Source of the DNA: Planctomycetota bacterium
Lineage (GTDB): Bacteria > Planctomycetota > Planctomycetia > Planctomycetales > Planctomycetaceae
Length of the DNA: 64,000 nucleotides
NCBI GenBank assembly: GCA_017859815.1
Contig: JAFMMM010000002.1
Span: 714-64,713 of the forward strand
Reading direction: 5' to 3'
Every line of letters begins with the position of its first letter. Position 1 is the first letter of the stretch. Shown here in pieces: positions 25,539 through 34,523 of the stretch. The notes beneath the pieces are model-generated. The model was not told the DNA's origin. It worked only from the letters and a program-made list of their open reading frames with translations, and did not search any database. The position numbers and the translations under genes were made by a program.

Positions 25539-26321
25539 ATGCGGCCATGGATTCTCGCTGAAACAAATTACGATTTTGTGAAGTCCTGCGACTATCGGGT
25601 TGCCGTTCTGCCGATGGGTGCCACGGAACCTCACAACCTGCATTTGCCGTACGGCACCGACACTCTTGAATCTGAAGCGATTGCGGGAAGGGCCTGCGAA
25701 GCAGCATGGAATCAGGGCGCCCGAGTGGTGATGCTGCCGGCAATCCCATACGGCACAGAGACGAATCAGAATCAATGCCGCCTGTCCATGAATCTGAATC
25801 CCTCCACGCTCGGTCTGGTGATTCAGGATCTTGTGGAATCACTGGAAGGCCATGGAATCCATCGACTGTTGATCCTCAACAGTCACGGCGGCAACGAATT
25901 CAAACCGCTGCTGCGCGAACTGCACGACACAACTTCGGTTCGGCTGTTTCTTTGCGACTGGTTTCGGGGACTGATCGGCGATGTCAAAGGAGACATCCTG
26001 GAATTCTCTGACGATCACGCCGGAGAGATGGAAACCTCCGTTGCACTCGCATACTTTCCTGAACTCGTCCGCCGCAACGAAGACGGCAGTCTGGCGGCAG
26101 ACGACGGAGCCACCGCAGACACTCGATTTCAAGCGGTCAACGAAGGCTGGGTTTCCATCACGCGTCCGTGGCATCTGCTGACAACGAATACCGGTTCCGG
26201 GTATCCTCATCGGGCATCCGCGGAAAAAGGGCAGCAGCTGATGCAGGTTATGGTGGAACGGCTTTCCGGTTTTCTGGTTCAGTTGGCGGACGCAGAACTG
26301 GACGACCGATTTCCATTCTAA
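25539..26321 (+). CDS. Creatininase-family amidohydrolase
   Basis: GATEPHNLHLPYGTDT, NSHGGN and DHAGEMETS match creatinine amidohydrolase family metal-ligand blocks. Start at ATG 25539 (MRPWILAE...). Confidence 0.88.
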   Translation: MRPWILAETNYDFVKSCDYRVAVLPMGATEPHNLHLPYGTDTLESEAIAGRACEAAWNQGARVVMLPAIPYGTETNQNQCRLSMNLNPSTLGLVIQDLVESLEGHGIHRLLILNSHGGNEFKPLLRELHDTTSVRLFLCDWFRGLIGDVKGDILEFSDDHAGEMETSVALAYFPELVRRNEDGSLAADDGATADTRFQAVNEGWVSITRPWHLLTTNTGSGYPHRASAEKGQQLMQVMVERLSGFLVQLADAELDDRFPF

Positions 26322-26449
26322 GAAACAGATCGCCCACGGGGGGTGAATCAGGCAAACGCTGCGGGGCAGAGCAGAGGTACGGCAAGCCGCCGGCCATCAC
26401 AACGACTGGCTATCAACCGGATGCTGGCAGCGATTATTTTCGGAGCACA

Positions 26450-27475
26450 ATGATGTCAGAAATCGATGTCTATAAAGAGTGGCTGGGAATTCCTGAGGGG
26501 GATCGTCCTCCCAATCATTACACACTGCTGCGACTGGTACTGTTCGAAGACGACATTGAAAAGATCCGTGGCAACTATCGCAAGCTCAATGGACACGTGC
26601 GTCGTTACGCAACCGGTCAGTATCTGAAGCAGTCGCAGGATCTGCTGAATGAACTGGCGAAAGCCATGCTCTGTCTCACCGACCCGGCCGCCAAGGCAGA
26701 ATATGACACCAGCATGGGACGTGAGCCCGACGGAGGTGGAATCGATCACCCCTCCACAGTGCTGGAGTTTCTCGCTGCGCGGGAACTGATTAGTCGAGTC
26801 CAGATTGGTGAGGTAGAGAAATTTGCTGATGCTCGCGGACTTTCCCACCGAGATGCTGTCGTCCAGATGAAACTGGTCGAACCCCTCGATGCCTGTCAGG
26901 CACTGGCTTCTGAACTGGGAAGGTCATGGGTGGAACTGGAAGAAATGCTGCCGGATGACAGCGTGCTTGACATGATCCCCCGACGTGTGGTCAAGAAACA
27001 TTCCTGTCTGCCTCTGTTTGAGGATCGCGGCTACATGCTGGTTGCCTGTTCAGACGAACCATCCATTGACCTTGAAGAGGAGATTCGTCTGCGCTGTTCC
27101 ATGCCAATGCGACCGGTGTTGGCCTTACCCCGCTCCATCAACCAGGCCATTGCGAAGTACTACGCGCCCGGGGCCAGAGACGAAGCGGCAACCCCCGATT
27201 CTGTCGACGAATCGATCGCAGCCGGCTCCGGCGGAAAGAAGAAAAAAGCCGCTCCACCAAAAGCAAGGGCGCGCTCGTCTGCCTCACCGCTCACTGACGA
27301 GCAGAAACGCGAACGTCTGATGCTGACGCTGATTGTCACCTGCTGGTCCACGATTGGAACCGTCGGACTCATCTACTTTCTGAACAATCAGGAGGTGTCG
27401 CTGCTGCACGCTGCACTGGGACTGATCGTAGGGGGGATCGTGTTTGGTCTGATGAAAACCTTCTACGCCCGCTAG
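26450..27475 (+). CDS. Tail-anchored protein with degenerate J-like domain and GspE_N (T2SSE N-terminal / MshEN-like) domain
   Basis: Start at ATG 26450. The N-terminus aligns to a J-domain, but HPD is replaced (IRGNYRKLNGHVRRY). The middle region LASELGRSWVELEEMLPDDSVLDMIPRRVVKKHSCLPLFEDRGYMLVACSDEP....AIAKYY fits GspE_N. A K-rich linker is followed by C-terminal TM helices. Confidence 0.8.
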   Translation: MMSEIDVYKEWLGIPEGDRPPNHYTLLRLVLFEDDIEKIRGNYRKLNGHVRRYATGQYLKQSQDLLNELAKAMLCLTDPAAKAEYDTSMGREPDGGGIDHPSTVLEFLAARELISRVQIGEVEKFADARGLSHRDAVVQMKLVEPLDACQALASELGRSWVELEEMLPDDSVLDMIPRRVVKKHSCLPLFEDRGYMLVACSDEPSIDLEEEIRLRCSMPMRPVLALPRSINQAIAKYYAPGARDEAATPDSVDESIAAGSGGKKKKAAPPKARARSSASPLTDEQKRERLMLTLIVTCWSTIGTVGLIYFLNNQEVSLLHAALGLIVGGIVFGLMKTFYAR

Positions 27476-27646
27476 GCAGATTTGCCGCGGGGCAGGGCAG
27501 TGTGCGGGCTCCGACAACTGCGCCGTGGAGCGCTCCGCCGGGATCGGTGAGATTACGTGACAGACCACTTCCCTGTGGCAGGCAATGCACTGCTGCGTCG
27601 AACGTCACCTCGTCAACAGCCCGGCGGTATGCTGACAAACAGTCGA

Positions 27647-28018
27647 TCAGAATCCGGAAACCGGTGACCACCCTGGATCATCCGGGGAGATGATCGAGAA
27701 TCCATCACCGTAGATATCGGGCATCCCGGGATTGAAATTGTCGAAGGGTTCGAATCCGTTGTACTGGTTGCCGTACGGGCTGTAGGGATCGAAGTCCATC
27801 CCACCACCGTAGCCGTAGCCGTATCCGGACGCGTAGTAGCTTTGCGACATCGCCTGGTAAGAGTTTGCCAGGTCGCCCATTTCCTTGTTCAGCGCTGTGC
27901 TGACGTTGTTGAGGCCGACAATACCGCCGATCACAAGGATCGTCACAACCAGCACCATTTCGGCTGAGATCAGGAAGCCGTCATCCTCGCTCAGAAAGCG
28001 GCGCAACAATGAATACAT
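27647..28018 (-). CDS. Flp/Fap-type (type IVb) prepilin-like protein with extended G/Y/P/N/D-rich C-terminal region
   Basis: The N-terminus MYSLLRRFLSEDDG|FLISAEMVLVVTILVIGGIV parallels Flp prepilins such as Caulobacter PilA (RFLKDESG|ATAIEYGLIVALIAVV). GGAG lies 8 nt upstream of the ATG. At 123 aa it is about twice normal Flp length. Confidence 0.6.
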   Translation of the reverse strand: MYSLLRRFLSEDDGFLISAEMVLVVTILVIGGIVGLNNVSTALNKEMGDLANSYQAMSQSYYASGYGYGYGGGMDFDPYSPYGNQYNGFEPFDNFNPGMPDIYGDGFSIISPDDPGWSPVSGF

Positions 28019-28296
28019 GGACTACTCCGCCGGATACGAGCTGGAGAACAGAAAACAGAGCACTCGTCGAATACTGCAAAGCAAGCGCAGACGAGCAGAC
28101 ACCCTTGTGGTGTTTCGGCAGAATCTGCCGCTGAGTTGCGTCCGTCACGGAAGAACATCGTGTCTGTCAGCTGGGTCAAATCCGAAGCGTTCGGTTTTGC
28201 AGAGGCTGTGCACAATTCCAGTTACGGCTGACTCTTCCGGTTTCAGCGACTTTACGCCCTGCCGGAGAGTCCCTGGATTGGGTCGGTTCGCTGCTC

Positions 28297-30159
28297 TCAG
28301 GCAGCATCCTGCTCTTCGCATTTTGGACCAATGGATCGTGATCCATCCTGCGAACGGGCCTTGAGGTCGAACAGTCCAAAGATCTCGGACGCATTCAGGC
28401 TCAGAGAACGATTCCCATCCCCGTCTCCGTCGCCCAGCACGGCTTCAAAGAGTTCCCGTTTCTCGCGCAGAACACGGTCAATTCTTTCCTCAATCGTGCT
28501 TGTTGAAATAAACCGGGTCACAATCACCGGATTACGAACACCAATTCTGTGCGCCCGATTGATCGCCTGATCTTCGATCGCCGGATTCCACCAGCGATCA
28601 AACAGGAAGACGTATCCGGCAAACTGCAGATTCAGTCCGACGGCACCGGTACCGTAACTCATGAGCAGGATGTGAGCATCCGGATCTTCCTTGAACTTCT
28701 GCAGAATCGGCTCCCGTTTTTTCACCGGCACACCACCGTGATAAACGAGAGGATTGAACTGTTTCAATCGTGGTTCGAGCCAGTCTATTGTTTTTGTCCA
28801 CTGGCTGAACAGGATCGCCTTGCCTCCACTGGCGGCGATTTCTTCCATGTCGGCAGCCAGACGTTCCAGTTTGGCGCTTTCCCCGGTCAGCGGGTCATAA
28901 TTGCAGATCTGTTTCAAACGCAGCACCAGTTCGAACACGTGCCGTACGCTGATGGAGTCGCCAAGTTCATTCAGCTGAATCACGCCTTCTTTTTCAGCGA
29001 TGCGATAGGCTGCAGTCTGAGCATCCGTCAGCGGGAGGTCGGCATCCCGGTCAATACGCGGCGGCATATCCTTCATCACAAGATCTTTGGTTCGCCGCAG
29101 AATATAGCGATCAGCCAGGCGGGACAGTTGCCGCATATCCGGACAGCCCCGCGGCGGCACAACTTCCATGAATTCAAACAGCGCCCCCAGCTCTTCCGGA
29201 CGATTTTCAATGGGCGTCCCGGTAAGTGCCCAGCTTCGTCGGCGAGAGATTGCACGCGCTACTTTCGCCGTATTGGAGTCTCGATTCTTAATCCGCTGCG
29301 CCTCATCCAGCACAACCAGGTCAAACCGTGGCTGGTCGTCTTCCGGCATTTCAGAGAGGTCTCTGGTCACCAGTTCATAGTTGGCAATCAGAATGGGAAC
29401 TCCCGGCATCTGCCACAGCATCCTGCGACGAGATCCGTTGCCTTCAACAGTCACCACAGGCAGTTCTTCAGCCCAGGTGCGAAATTCTCGCTGCCAGTTC
29501 GGGATCAGTGGTTTGGGGCACACCAGCAGGATTCGCCGCACTTGTCCGCTGCGCAGCAGCAGACGAACCGCAGTAATGGTCTGCATCGTCTTTCCCAACC
29601 CCATTTCGTCCGCCAGCAAGGCCGCCTGACTGGAGAACAGCCAGGCGATTCCCTCGTACTGATACGAAAAAGGCTCAAACGGCATGATCAGTTCCTGCCC
29701 GGCCAGCCACGACTCCAGTGGCGGCTGCAGCAAATAGAACAGCCGATCCTGCAGCGACAGTGCATCCGCAGGGGGGCGAATTCGTGTGGGCTTCTGCTTT
29801 TGCTCCCCACTGTCGCCAGCAGCCTTCGGACTCGGCGGACTGATCTTCTTCAGCTGTACTCCATCTGAAGTTTCCAGCTTCGGCTGTTGTTCCGGAACAA
29901 ACTCCATGCCGTCCGGCAGTGTGAGGCCAATACATTTCAGCGGGATGCGCCGCGGTTTCCACTGCGGCACGCAATCCACCTGCAGGTCAAGCGGTACGGA
30001 AACGGTTTGAGGAGTTGGAATTCGACTGAGGGCGGGATTGAATCCTGTCTGAACGAGTTGTGGCGACGAGACTTCTTCCAGCAGGCTGAAGGTATCGATC
30101 GTCACCGGTTCGGGATTATGTTCCGGTTTTTCGTTGTCGAACGAACTGGATATCGTCAA
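28297..30159 (-). CDS. SNF2-family DNA-dependent ATPase / helicase-like protein
   Basis: The motifs [10 protein letters not shown] (I), [11 protein letters not shown] (II) and [15 protein letters not shown] (VI) are present. The TTG start at 30159 lies 6 nt after GGAGG. The ~170-aa N-terminal region has no recognised motif. Confidence 0.92.
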   Translation of the reverse strand: MTISSSFDNEKPEHNPEPVTIDTFSLLEEVSSPQLVQTGFNPALSRIPTPQTVSVPLDLQVDCVPQWKPRRIPLKCIGLTLPDGMEFVPEQQPKLETSDGVQLKKISPPSPKAAGDSGEQKQKPTRIRPPADALSLQDRLFYLLQPPLESWLAGQELIMPFEPFSYQYEGIAWLFSSQAALLADEMGLGKTMQTITAVRLLLRSGQVRRILLVCPKPLIPNWQREFRTWAEELPVVTVEGNGSRRRMLWQMPGVPILIANYELVTRDLSEMPEDDQPRFDLVVLDEAQRIKNRDSNTAKVARAISRRRSWALTGTPIENRPEELGALFEFMEVVPPRGCPDMRQLSRLADRYILRRTKDLVMKDMPPRIDRDADLPLTDAQTAAYRIAEKEGVIQLNELGDSISVRHVFELVLRLKQICNYDPLTGESAKLERLAADMEEIAASGGKAILFSQWTKTIDWLEPRLKQFNPLVYHGGVPVKKREPILQKFKEDPDAHILLMSYGTGAVGLNLQFAGYVFLFDRWWNPAIEDQAINRAHRIGVRNPVIVTRFISTSTIEERIDRVLREKRELFEAVLGDGDGDGNRSLSLNASEIFGLFDLKARSQDGSRSIGPKCEEQDAA

Positions 30160-30208
30160 CCGATTCCCTCCATGGTCGAGTCGTCAATCTGCAGCGTCAT
30201 TGATCTGT

Positions 30209-30778
30209 TCAACGCGAGAACACGGTCCGTACTGTTTCCGCCAGCGCTTCCCGAACTCGTTCCAGCGGCTCTTTCAGGTCTGCAGAATCCGGTATCAGGT
30301 GCTGTCGACTCTTCAGCGACTGTGCGTCCGCCTGATGCCCTGAATGAAATCTCAGCAGACTGTTACCAACCCGCACCGGACGATCATCGCTGTTGGGTTC
30401 CGTATCAGTGCTGAATGTTGCGGAATCGGTCTGGTGCGCATCTGCACCACCTTCATCTTCCGCCAGCGCGACAGGAATTGCGGTGTGATTCCGTAACTCC
30501 AGCAGCAACGGATCGCTGGTGATCACAACACCGGGCTTAATCGAAACGCGATTCAGAAGGGTGCCGCCAATCAACTCCCCCAGCAGCCACGGCTTCAGTG
30601 ACTCACCGAACAGGATCTCCTGCGTCCGGTTTGGACGGACCGGCGTTGTGCATTGAAACTCCAGTGGTCGCCCGCTGTGATTCGTCACAAGCAGGCCGCC
30701 AATGCGACCACGACCATCAATCTCGATGGTCTCGAGGAAGCCCAGCCGCAGCTGATTATCCTGCCCGGATTCCGACAT
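30209..30778 (-). CDS. Hypothetical protein (189 aa) upstream of the SNF2 ATPase
   Basis: ATG start. The N-terminal half is protein-like (LGFLETIEIDGRGRIGGLLVTNHSGRPLEFQCTTPVRP...) and the C-terminal half is acidic and low-complexity. The stop is 49 nt before the helicase start. Confidence 0.65.
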   Translation of the reverse strand: MSESGQDNQLRLGFLETIEIDGRGRIGGLLVTNHSGRPLEFQCTTPVRPNRTQEILFGESLKPWLLGELIGGTLLNRVSIKPGVVITSDPLLLELRNHTAIPVALAEDEGGADAHQTDSATFSTDTEPNSDDRPVRVGNSLLRFHSGHQADAQSLKSRQHLIPDSADLKEPLERVREALAETVRTVFSR

Positions 30779-30987
30779 TCCGGTCCCGTCCTTTTCCGAG
30801 GAAAACCCTCGTCATCCTGTTCTGCTTATCCCATCGTTCACGATCCCAGCCAGCAAACCAGCAGATTCTGCCGGTGTGTGTGGTGAGGCACGCTCCGCGG
30901 GATTCGTTTTGATTCCAACACGTGGATGATCGTCGCGTGAACCCTTCGGGCTTTAGAACTTGTGCCGGTGAGGAGGTCCTGGCGCGA

Positions 30988-31010
30988 TTTGAGGTGGAAT
31001 CCACCTCAAA
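30988..31010. repeat. Perfect 10-bp inverted repeat upstream of the deacetylase gene
   Basis: TTTGAGGTGG-AAT-CCACCTCAAA, ending 61 nt before the GTG start at 31072. It lies in the divergent region shared with the 189-aa/SNF2 genes. The T/A tracts are in the wrong order for a terminator. Confidence 0.85.
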
Positions 31011-31071
31011 AAGACTGATAATTCGGGCCGCTGTGTGGAAGCAGAGGTGAACAAGGGGGAGGTTTCCCGAC

Positions 31072-32043
31072 GTGACGGTTCTTTACTCGGTTGATCAATT
31101 CCTGCTGCATGAAACGGGCGACCACCCGGAATCTCCCCTCCGACTCCAGGCAGTGCACCAGAGGCTGGCGGGAACAGCTCTGCTCGCCAGTCTTCAGCAG
31201 GGCGAATGCAGGCCTGCGACGCAGCAGGAATTGCGTGCTGCTCATACAGTGGAATACCTGCAACAACTGGATCACTTTGCGGCATCAGGTGGAGGTCGAA
31301 TCGAAACGGATACGGTCGTCTGCGCAGCATCTCCCCGGATTGCACGCCTTGCCGCGGGAACAGCGGTGAATGCGGTGCAACAGGTCATGACGGTTTCGGA
31401 CCCCACCGCATTTTGCCTGATGCGTCCTCCCGGACATCACGCTTTGCGAGATGGCGCGATGGGATTTTGCCTGTACAACAACGCGGCCATCGCCGCACAG
31501 GCGGCAAAACAGCAGTACGGACTGGAGCGGGTCCTGATCATCGACTGGGACGTTCATCACGGGAACGGGACTCAGGACAGTTTCTACGAGGATCCGACAG
31601 TCGGATTCCTCTCTTCGCATCGATTTCCATTCTATCCGGGCAGTGGTGCCGCATCAGAAACCGGCAGCGGGCAGGGGCTCGGCACAACCTTTAATCTGCC
31701 GCTTCGAAACGGCAGCTCACGGCGACAAATTCTCGACAGTTTCACTGCTGTTCTGTCCGACGCGGCGGATCGGATTCGTCCCCAGCTGCTGATCCTGAGT
31801 GCTGGCTTTGATGCACATGCAGAGGATCCCGTGGGCTCACTGGGACTGGAAACTGAGGATTTTGGGATATTGACGGACGCTGTTTTGGACGTTGCTCAGA
31901 CTCACTGCGGTGGCAAAGTCGTCAGCCTGCTCGAAGGTGGCTACAATCCGGCTCGCCTCGCAGAATGCGTGGAGCTGCATTTGCAGTGCCTGAGTAACCG
32001 GGGGCAGAACAGTCAGGGCTCCTCTGCCGCTTTCAGCAACTGA
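31072..32043 (+). CDS. Histone deacetylase-family (acetoin utilisation/acetylpolyamine-type) deacetylase
   Basis: The motifs RPPGHHA, DWDVHHGNGTQ, FPFYPGSG and SAGFDAHAEDP are present. The GTG start is preceded by GGGGGAGG about 10 nt upstream. Confidence 0.9.
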   Translation: MTVLYSVDQFLLHETGDHPESPLRLQAVHQRLAGTALLASLQQGECRPATQQELRAAHTVEYLQQLDHFAASGGGRIETDTVVCAASPRIARLAAGTAVNAVQQVMTVSDPTAFCLMRPPGHHALRDGAMGFCLYNNAAIAAQAAKQQYGLERVLIIDWDVHHGNGTQDSFYEDPTVGFLSSHRFPFYPGSGAASETGSGQGLGTTFNLPLRNGSSRRQILDSFTAVLSDAADRIRPQLLILSAGFDAHAEDPVGSLGLETEDFGILTDAVLDVAQTHCGGKVVSLLEGGYNPARLAECVELHLQCLSNRGQNSQGSSAAFSN

Positions 32044-32161
32044 TCCGTGCAGAACAGGCATGGTGCCGGAAAAAATCAGCCAACGGGATTCAGTCTGTCC
32101 CACGGAACTGCAGTCCGTCTGGACTGTCGCAAAGCATCGTTCATCAACGGGAATCATTTTC

Positions 32162-33652
32162 ATGTTACAGGGTTCTGTCGATCGCAGCTTTGCCGGCTGC
32201 TTAACGCTGCAGGTTTTGATACTTCTCAGCGGCCTGCCGCAGGATCACGCCATCGCTCAATCGGAACAGACGGTGAATCACGCCATCGATTCCGTCACCA
32301 GCCGACGGGAAAACAGCTGGCAACTGGCTCAGAAAATCTGGACTGCCGCTGAGCCCGGTTATCAGGAGGAAACCTCGGCCCGGTTGCTGGCGGATGCCGC
32401 CGAGGCCGCAGGCATGCGAGTCACCTTCGGGGTGGCAGAGATTCCCACGGCCTTCACCGCGGAATTTGGCAGTGGGGAACCTGTAATCGGAGTCATGGGA
32501 GAATACGACGCGCTCCCGGGTTTGTCACAACAGGCCGTCCCGGAACCCCTGATGCGGGAGGACACCCACAACTGGGGGCACGGATGCGGTCACCATTTGT
32601 TTGGCACAGCGTCACTCTCAGCGGCCATCGCCATTGCGGAGCAAATTCGTGAGGGCCGACTTTCAGGGACGATTCGCTACTACGGGTGCCCGGCAGAGGA
32701 GGGCGGTTCTGCCAAGGTATTCCTTGCCAGGGCAGGTCTGTTCAGCGACTGCGCTGCAGTTCTCCACTGGCACCCATCCTCGATGAACACGGCGGGCGAC
32801 CGGTCCAGCCTCGCTCGAATTGCAGTGAAGTTTCAATTCAGGGGGAAGATGTCGCATGCCGCTGGAGCCCCTGAGTTGGGGCGTTCATCGCTGGATGCGG
32901 TGGAACTGACCGCGCATGCTTCGGAACTGCTTCGGGAACACACTCCCGAGGGCAGTCGAATCCACCATGTGATCACAGCCGGTGGACTGGCTCCCAACGT
33001 CGTTCCGGCATTCTCAGAGATCTACTTTTACGTTCGTCATCCGGATGGCGAGATTGTTCGATCGCTGTACTCCCGCCTTGAAAAGTGTGCGGAGGCCGGC
33101 GCATTAGCGACGGAAACAGAGCTCACGATCCGATATGAGGGCGGTATTCGTGAAATCCTGCCGAACAGAACACTCAGCGAAGTGTTGCGTCGCAGGCTGA
33201 TGGAACTCAATGATCTGAAATATGATGAAGAAGAGATCCAGTTCGCTGCCAGACTTCGGCAGCATCTCGACTTTGAAGTACCACTCACTGAACTGGGGCG
33301 GGTCGAGGATGTTGCTGGTGTTGTCGGCATGGGCTCCACTGATGTCGGCGACGTCTCCTGGGTCGTACCGGTCAGCGGATTTACCACGGCCTGCTGGGTT
33401 CCAGGCACACCCGCTCACTCATGGCAGGCAGTGGCTGCAGGCGGGATGACAATTGGTGAAAAAGGTATGCATCTGGCGGCAAGAACTCTCGCTGCCGGAC
33501 TGGTTGATTTATTCACCAGTCCGCAGACCCTGCGGGAGGCGAAACAGGAGATGCAAAGCCGGCTGGGAGGAAACTCATGGAAGTCTCTGATGCAGCCCGG
33601 CCAGCAGCCTCCGCTGGACTATCGCAAAGCCCCCACGCCCGGCGGTGAGTAG
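32162..33652 (+). CDS. M20-family amidohydrolase (AbgB/aminobenzoyl-glutamate hydrolase-like), exported
   Basis: It has the WGHGCGHH metal-binding block and the GCPAEEGGSAK motif. Start at ATG 32162 gives a signal-like N-terminus (MLQGSVDRSFAGCLTLQVLILLSGLPQDHAIA). Confidence 0.88.
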   Translation: MLQGSVDRSFAGCLTLQVLILLSGLPQDHAIAQSEQTVNHAIDSVTSRRENSWQLAQKIWTAAEPGYQEETSARLLADAAEAAGMRVTFGVAEIPTAFTAEFGSGEPVIGVMGEYDALPGLSQQAVPEPLMREDTHNWGHGCGHHLFGTASLSAAIAIAEQIREGRLSGTIRYYGCPAEEGGSAKVFLARAGLFSDCAAVLHWHPSSMNTAGDRSSLARIAVKFQFRGKMSHAAGAPELGRSSLDAVELTAHASELLREHTPEGSRIHHVITAGGLAPNVVPAFSEIYFYVRHPDGEIVRSLYSRLEKCAEAGALATETELTIRYEGGIREILPNRTLSEVLRRRLMELNDLKYDEEEIQFAARLRQHLDFEVPLTELGRVEDVAGVVGMGSTDVGDVSWVVPVSGFTTACWVPGTPAHSWQAVAAGGMTIGEKGMHLAARTLAAGLVDLFTSPQTLREAKQEMQSRLGGNSWKSLMQPGQQPPLDYRKAPTPGGE

Positions 33653-33849
33653 GTTTCTGAAGTCCATGCGGCTCGCACAAATCCACTCGGGAGATTTCCT
33701 GCGAATCATACGGTGATCAGTCGGGAATCGACGACCGGTCAGCTAGACTGCAGACAGCAGTGAAAGCCAGCCTCCCGCCGCGCCTGACAGCCATCGCCGT
33801 CAAAACCCAGACATTGAACAGACAAGCCCTTCAACGGCAGAATTCACCG

Positions 33850-34440
33850 ATGACATCCCTGAAGATTGTCCCTCACCCGCATCCGGCTCTACGCTGGAAA
33901 TCCCGTGAAATCAACCGTATCGACGCTGAATTGAAGCAGATGGTTTCGCAGATGTTCGAACTGATGTACGAAGCCAGAGGCGTGGGCCTGGCAGCGAACC
34001 AGGTCGCGCTTCCTTACCGTCTGTTCGTGATCAATCCGACCGGCGACCCGGAAGAGACCGACCAGGAACTGGTCTTTCTCAATCCGCGAATCTCGCGACG
34101 GCGAGGAAGTGAAGAGGGTGAAGAAGGCTGCCTCAGCCTGCCCGAAGTGCATGCACCGGTGATCCGTGCCACTCACATCACCGTGGATGCATTCGATCTC
34201 ACAGGGCAGCAGTTCGAAATGGAACTGGAGGACTTCCCGGCTCGCGTGATTCAGCATGAGTACGACCATCTCGAAGGTGTCCTGTTCACCGATCGAATTG
34301 CCGCCGAACATCTGCAGGAAGCACAACCACTGCTGGATGACCTTGTTGTGCAATTTCGCACCATGCAGGAATCCGGCGAAATGGCGGCAGATGACGCCCT
34401 TGAAAAAGAACTTCGTCGACTGGAAAAGCTTCGCACCTGA
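33850..34440 (+). CDS. def: Peptide deformylase
   Basis: The three PDF motifs GVGLAANQV, EGCLSLP and HEYDHLEG are present. Start at ATG 33850 (MTSLKIVPHPHP...). Confidence 0.93.
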   Translation: MTSLKIVPHPHPALRWKSREINRIDAELKQMVSQMFELMYEARGVGLAANQVALPYRLFVINPTGDPEETDQELVFLNPRISRRRGSEEGEEGCLSLPEVHAPVIRATHITVDAFDLTGQQFEMELEDFPARVIQHEYDHLEGVLFTDRIAAEHLQEAQPLLDDLVVQFRTMQESGEMAADDALEKELRRLEKLRT

Positions 34441-34523
34441 GGTGCCTCTGGTGCCACCAGTCCGACCTGATATGAACGATGGTTTCAAGCCATCACTGCC
34501 TGTAGAAAGAAACGGAAGAATCG

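Noticed and set aside
26307-26320. Exact 14-mer CGATTTCCATTCTA shared with 31621..31634
   Set aside because: Both copies are in coding frames specifying the same peptide R-F-P-F (the creatininase C-terminus and the HDAC FPFYPG motif), so this is coincidental codon identity rather than a repeat element.
28549-29868. 439-aa plus-strand ORF
   Set aside because: It is antisense to the SNF2 gene, which has unmistakable helicase motifs. The translation is R/Q/H/P-rich and motif-free, the typical shadow ORF of GC-rich DNA.
28297-30159. SNF2 gene as part of DISARM, Zorya or BREX
   Set aside because: No DrmA/DrmB (DUF1998)/PLD, ZorA/B/C, methyltransferase, PglZ or Lon-like genes occur within at least 10 kb on either side.
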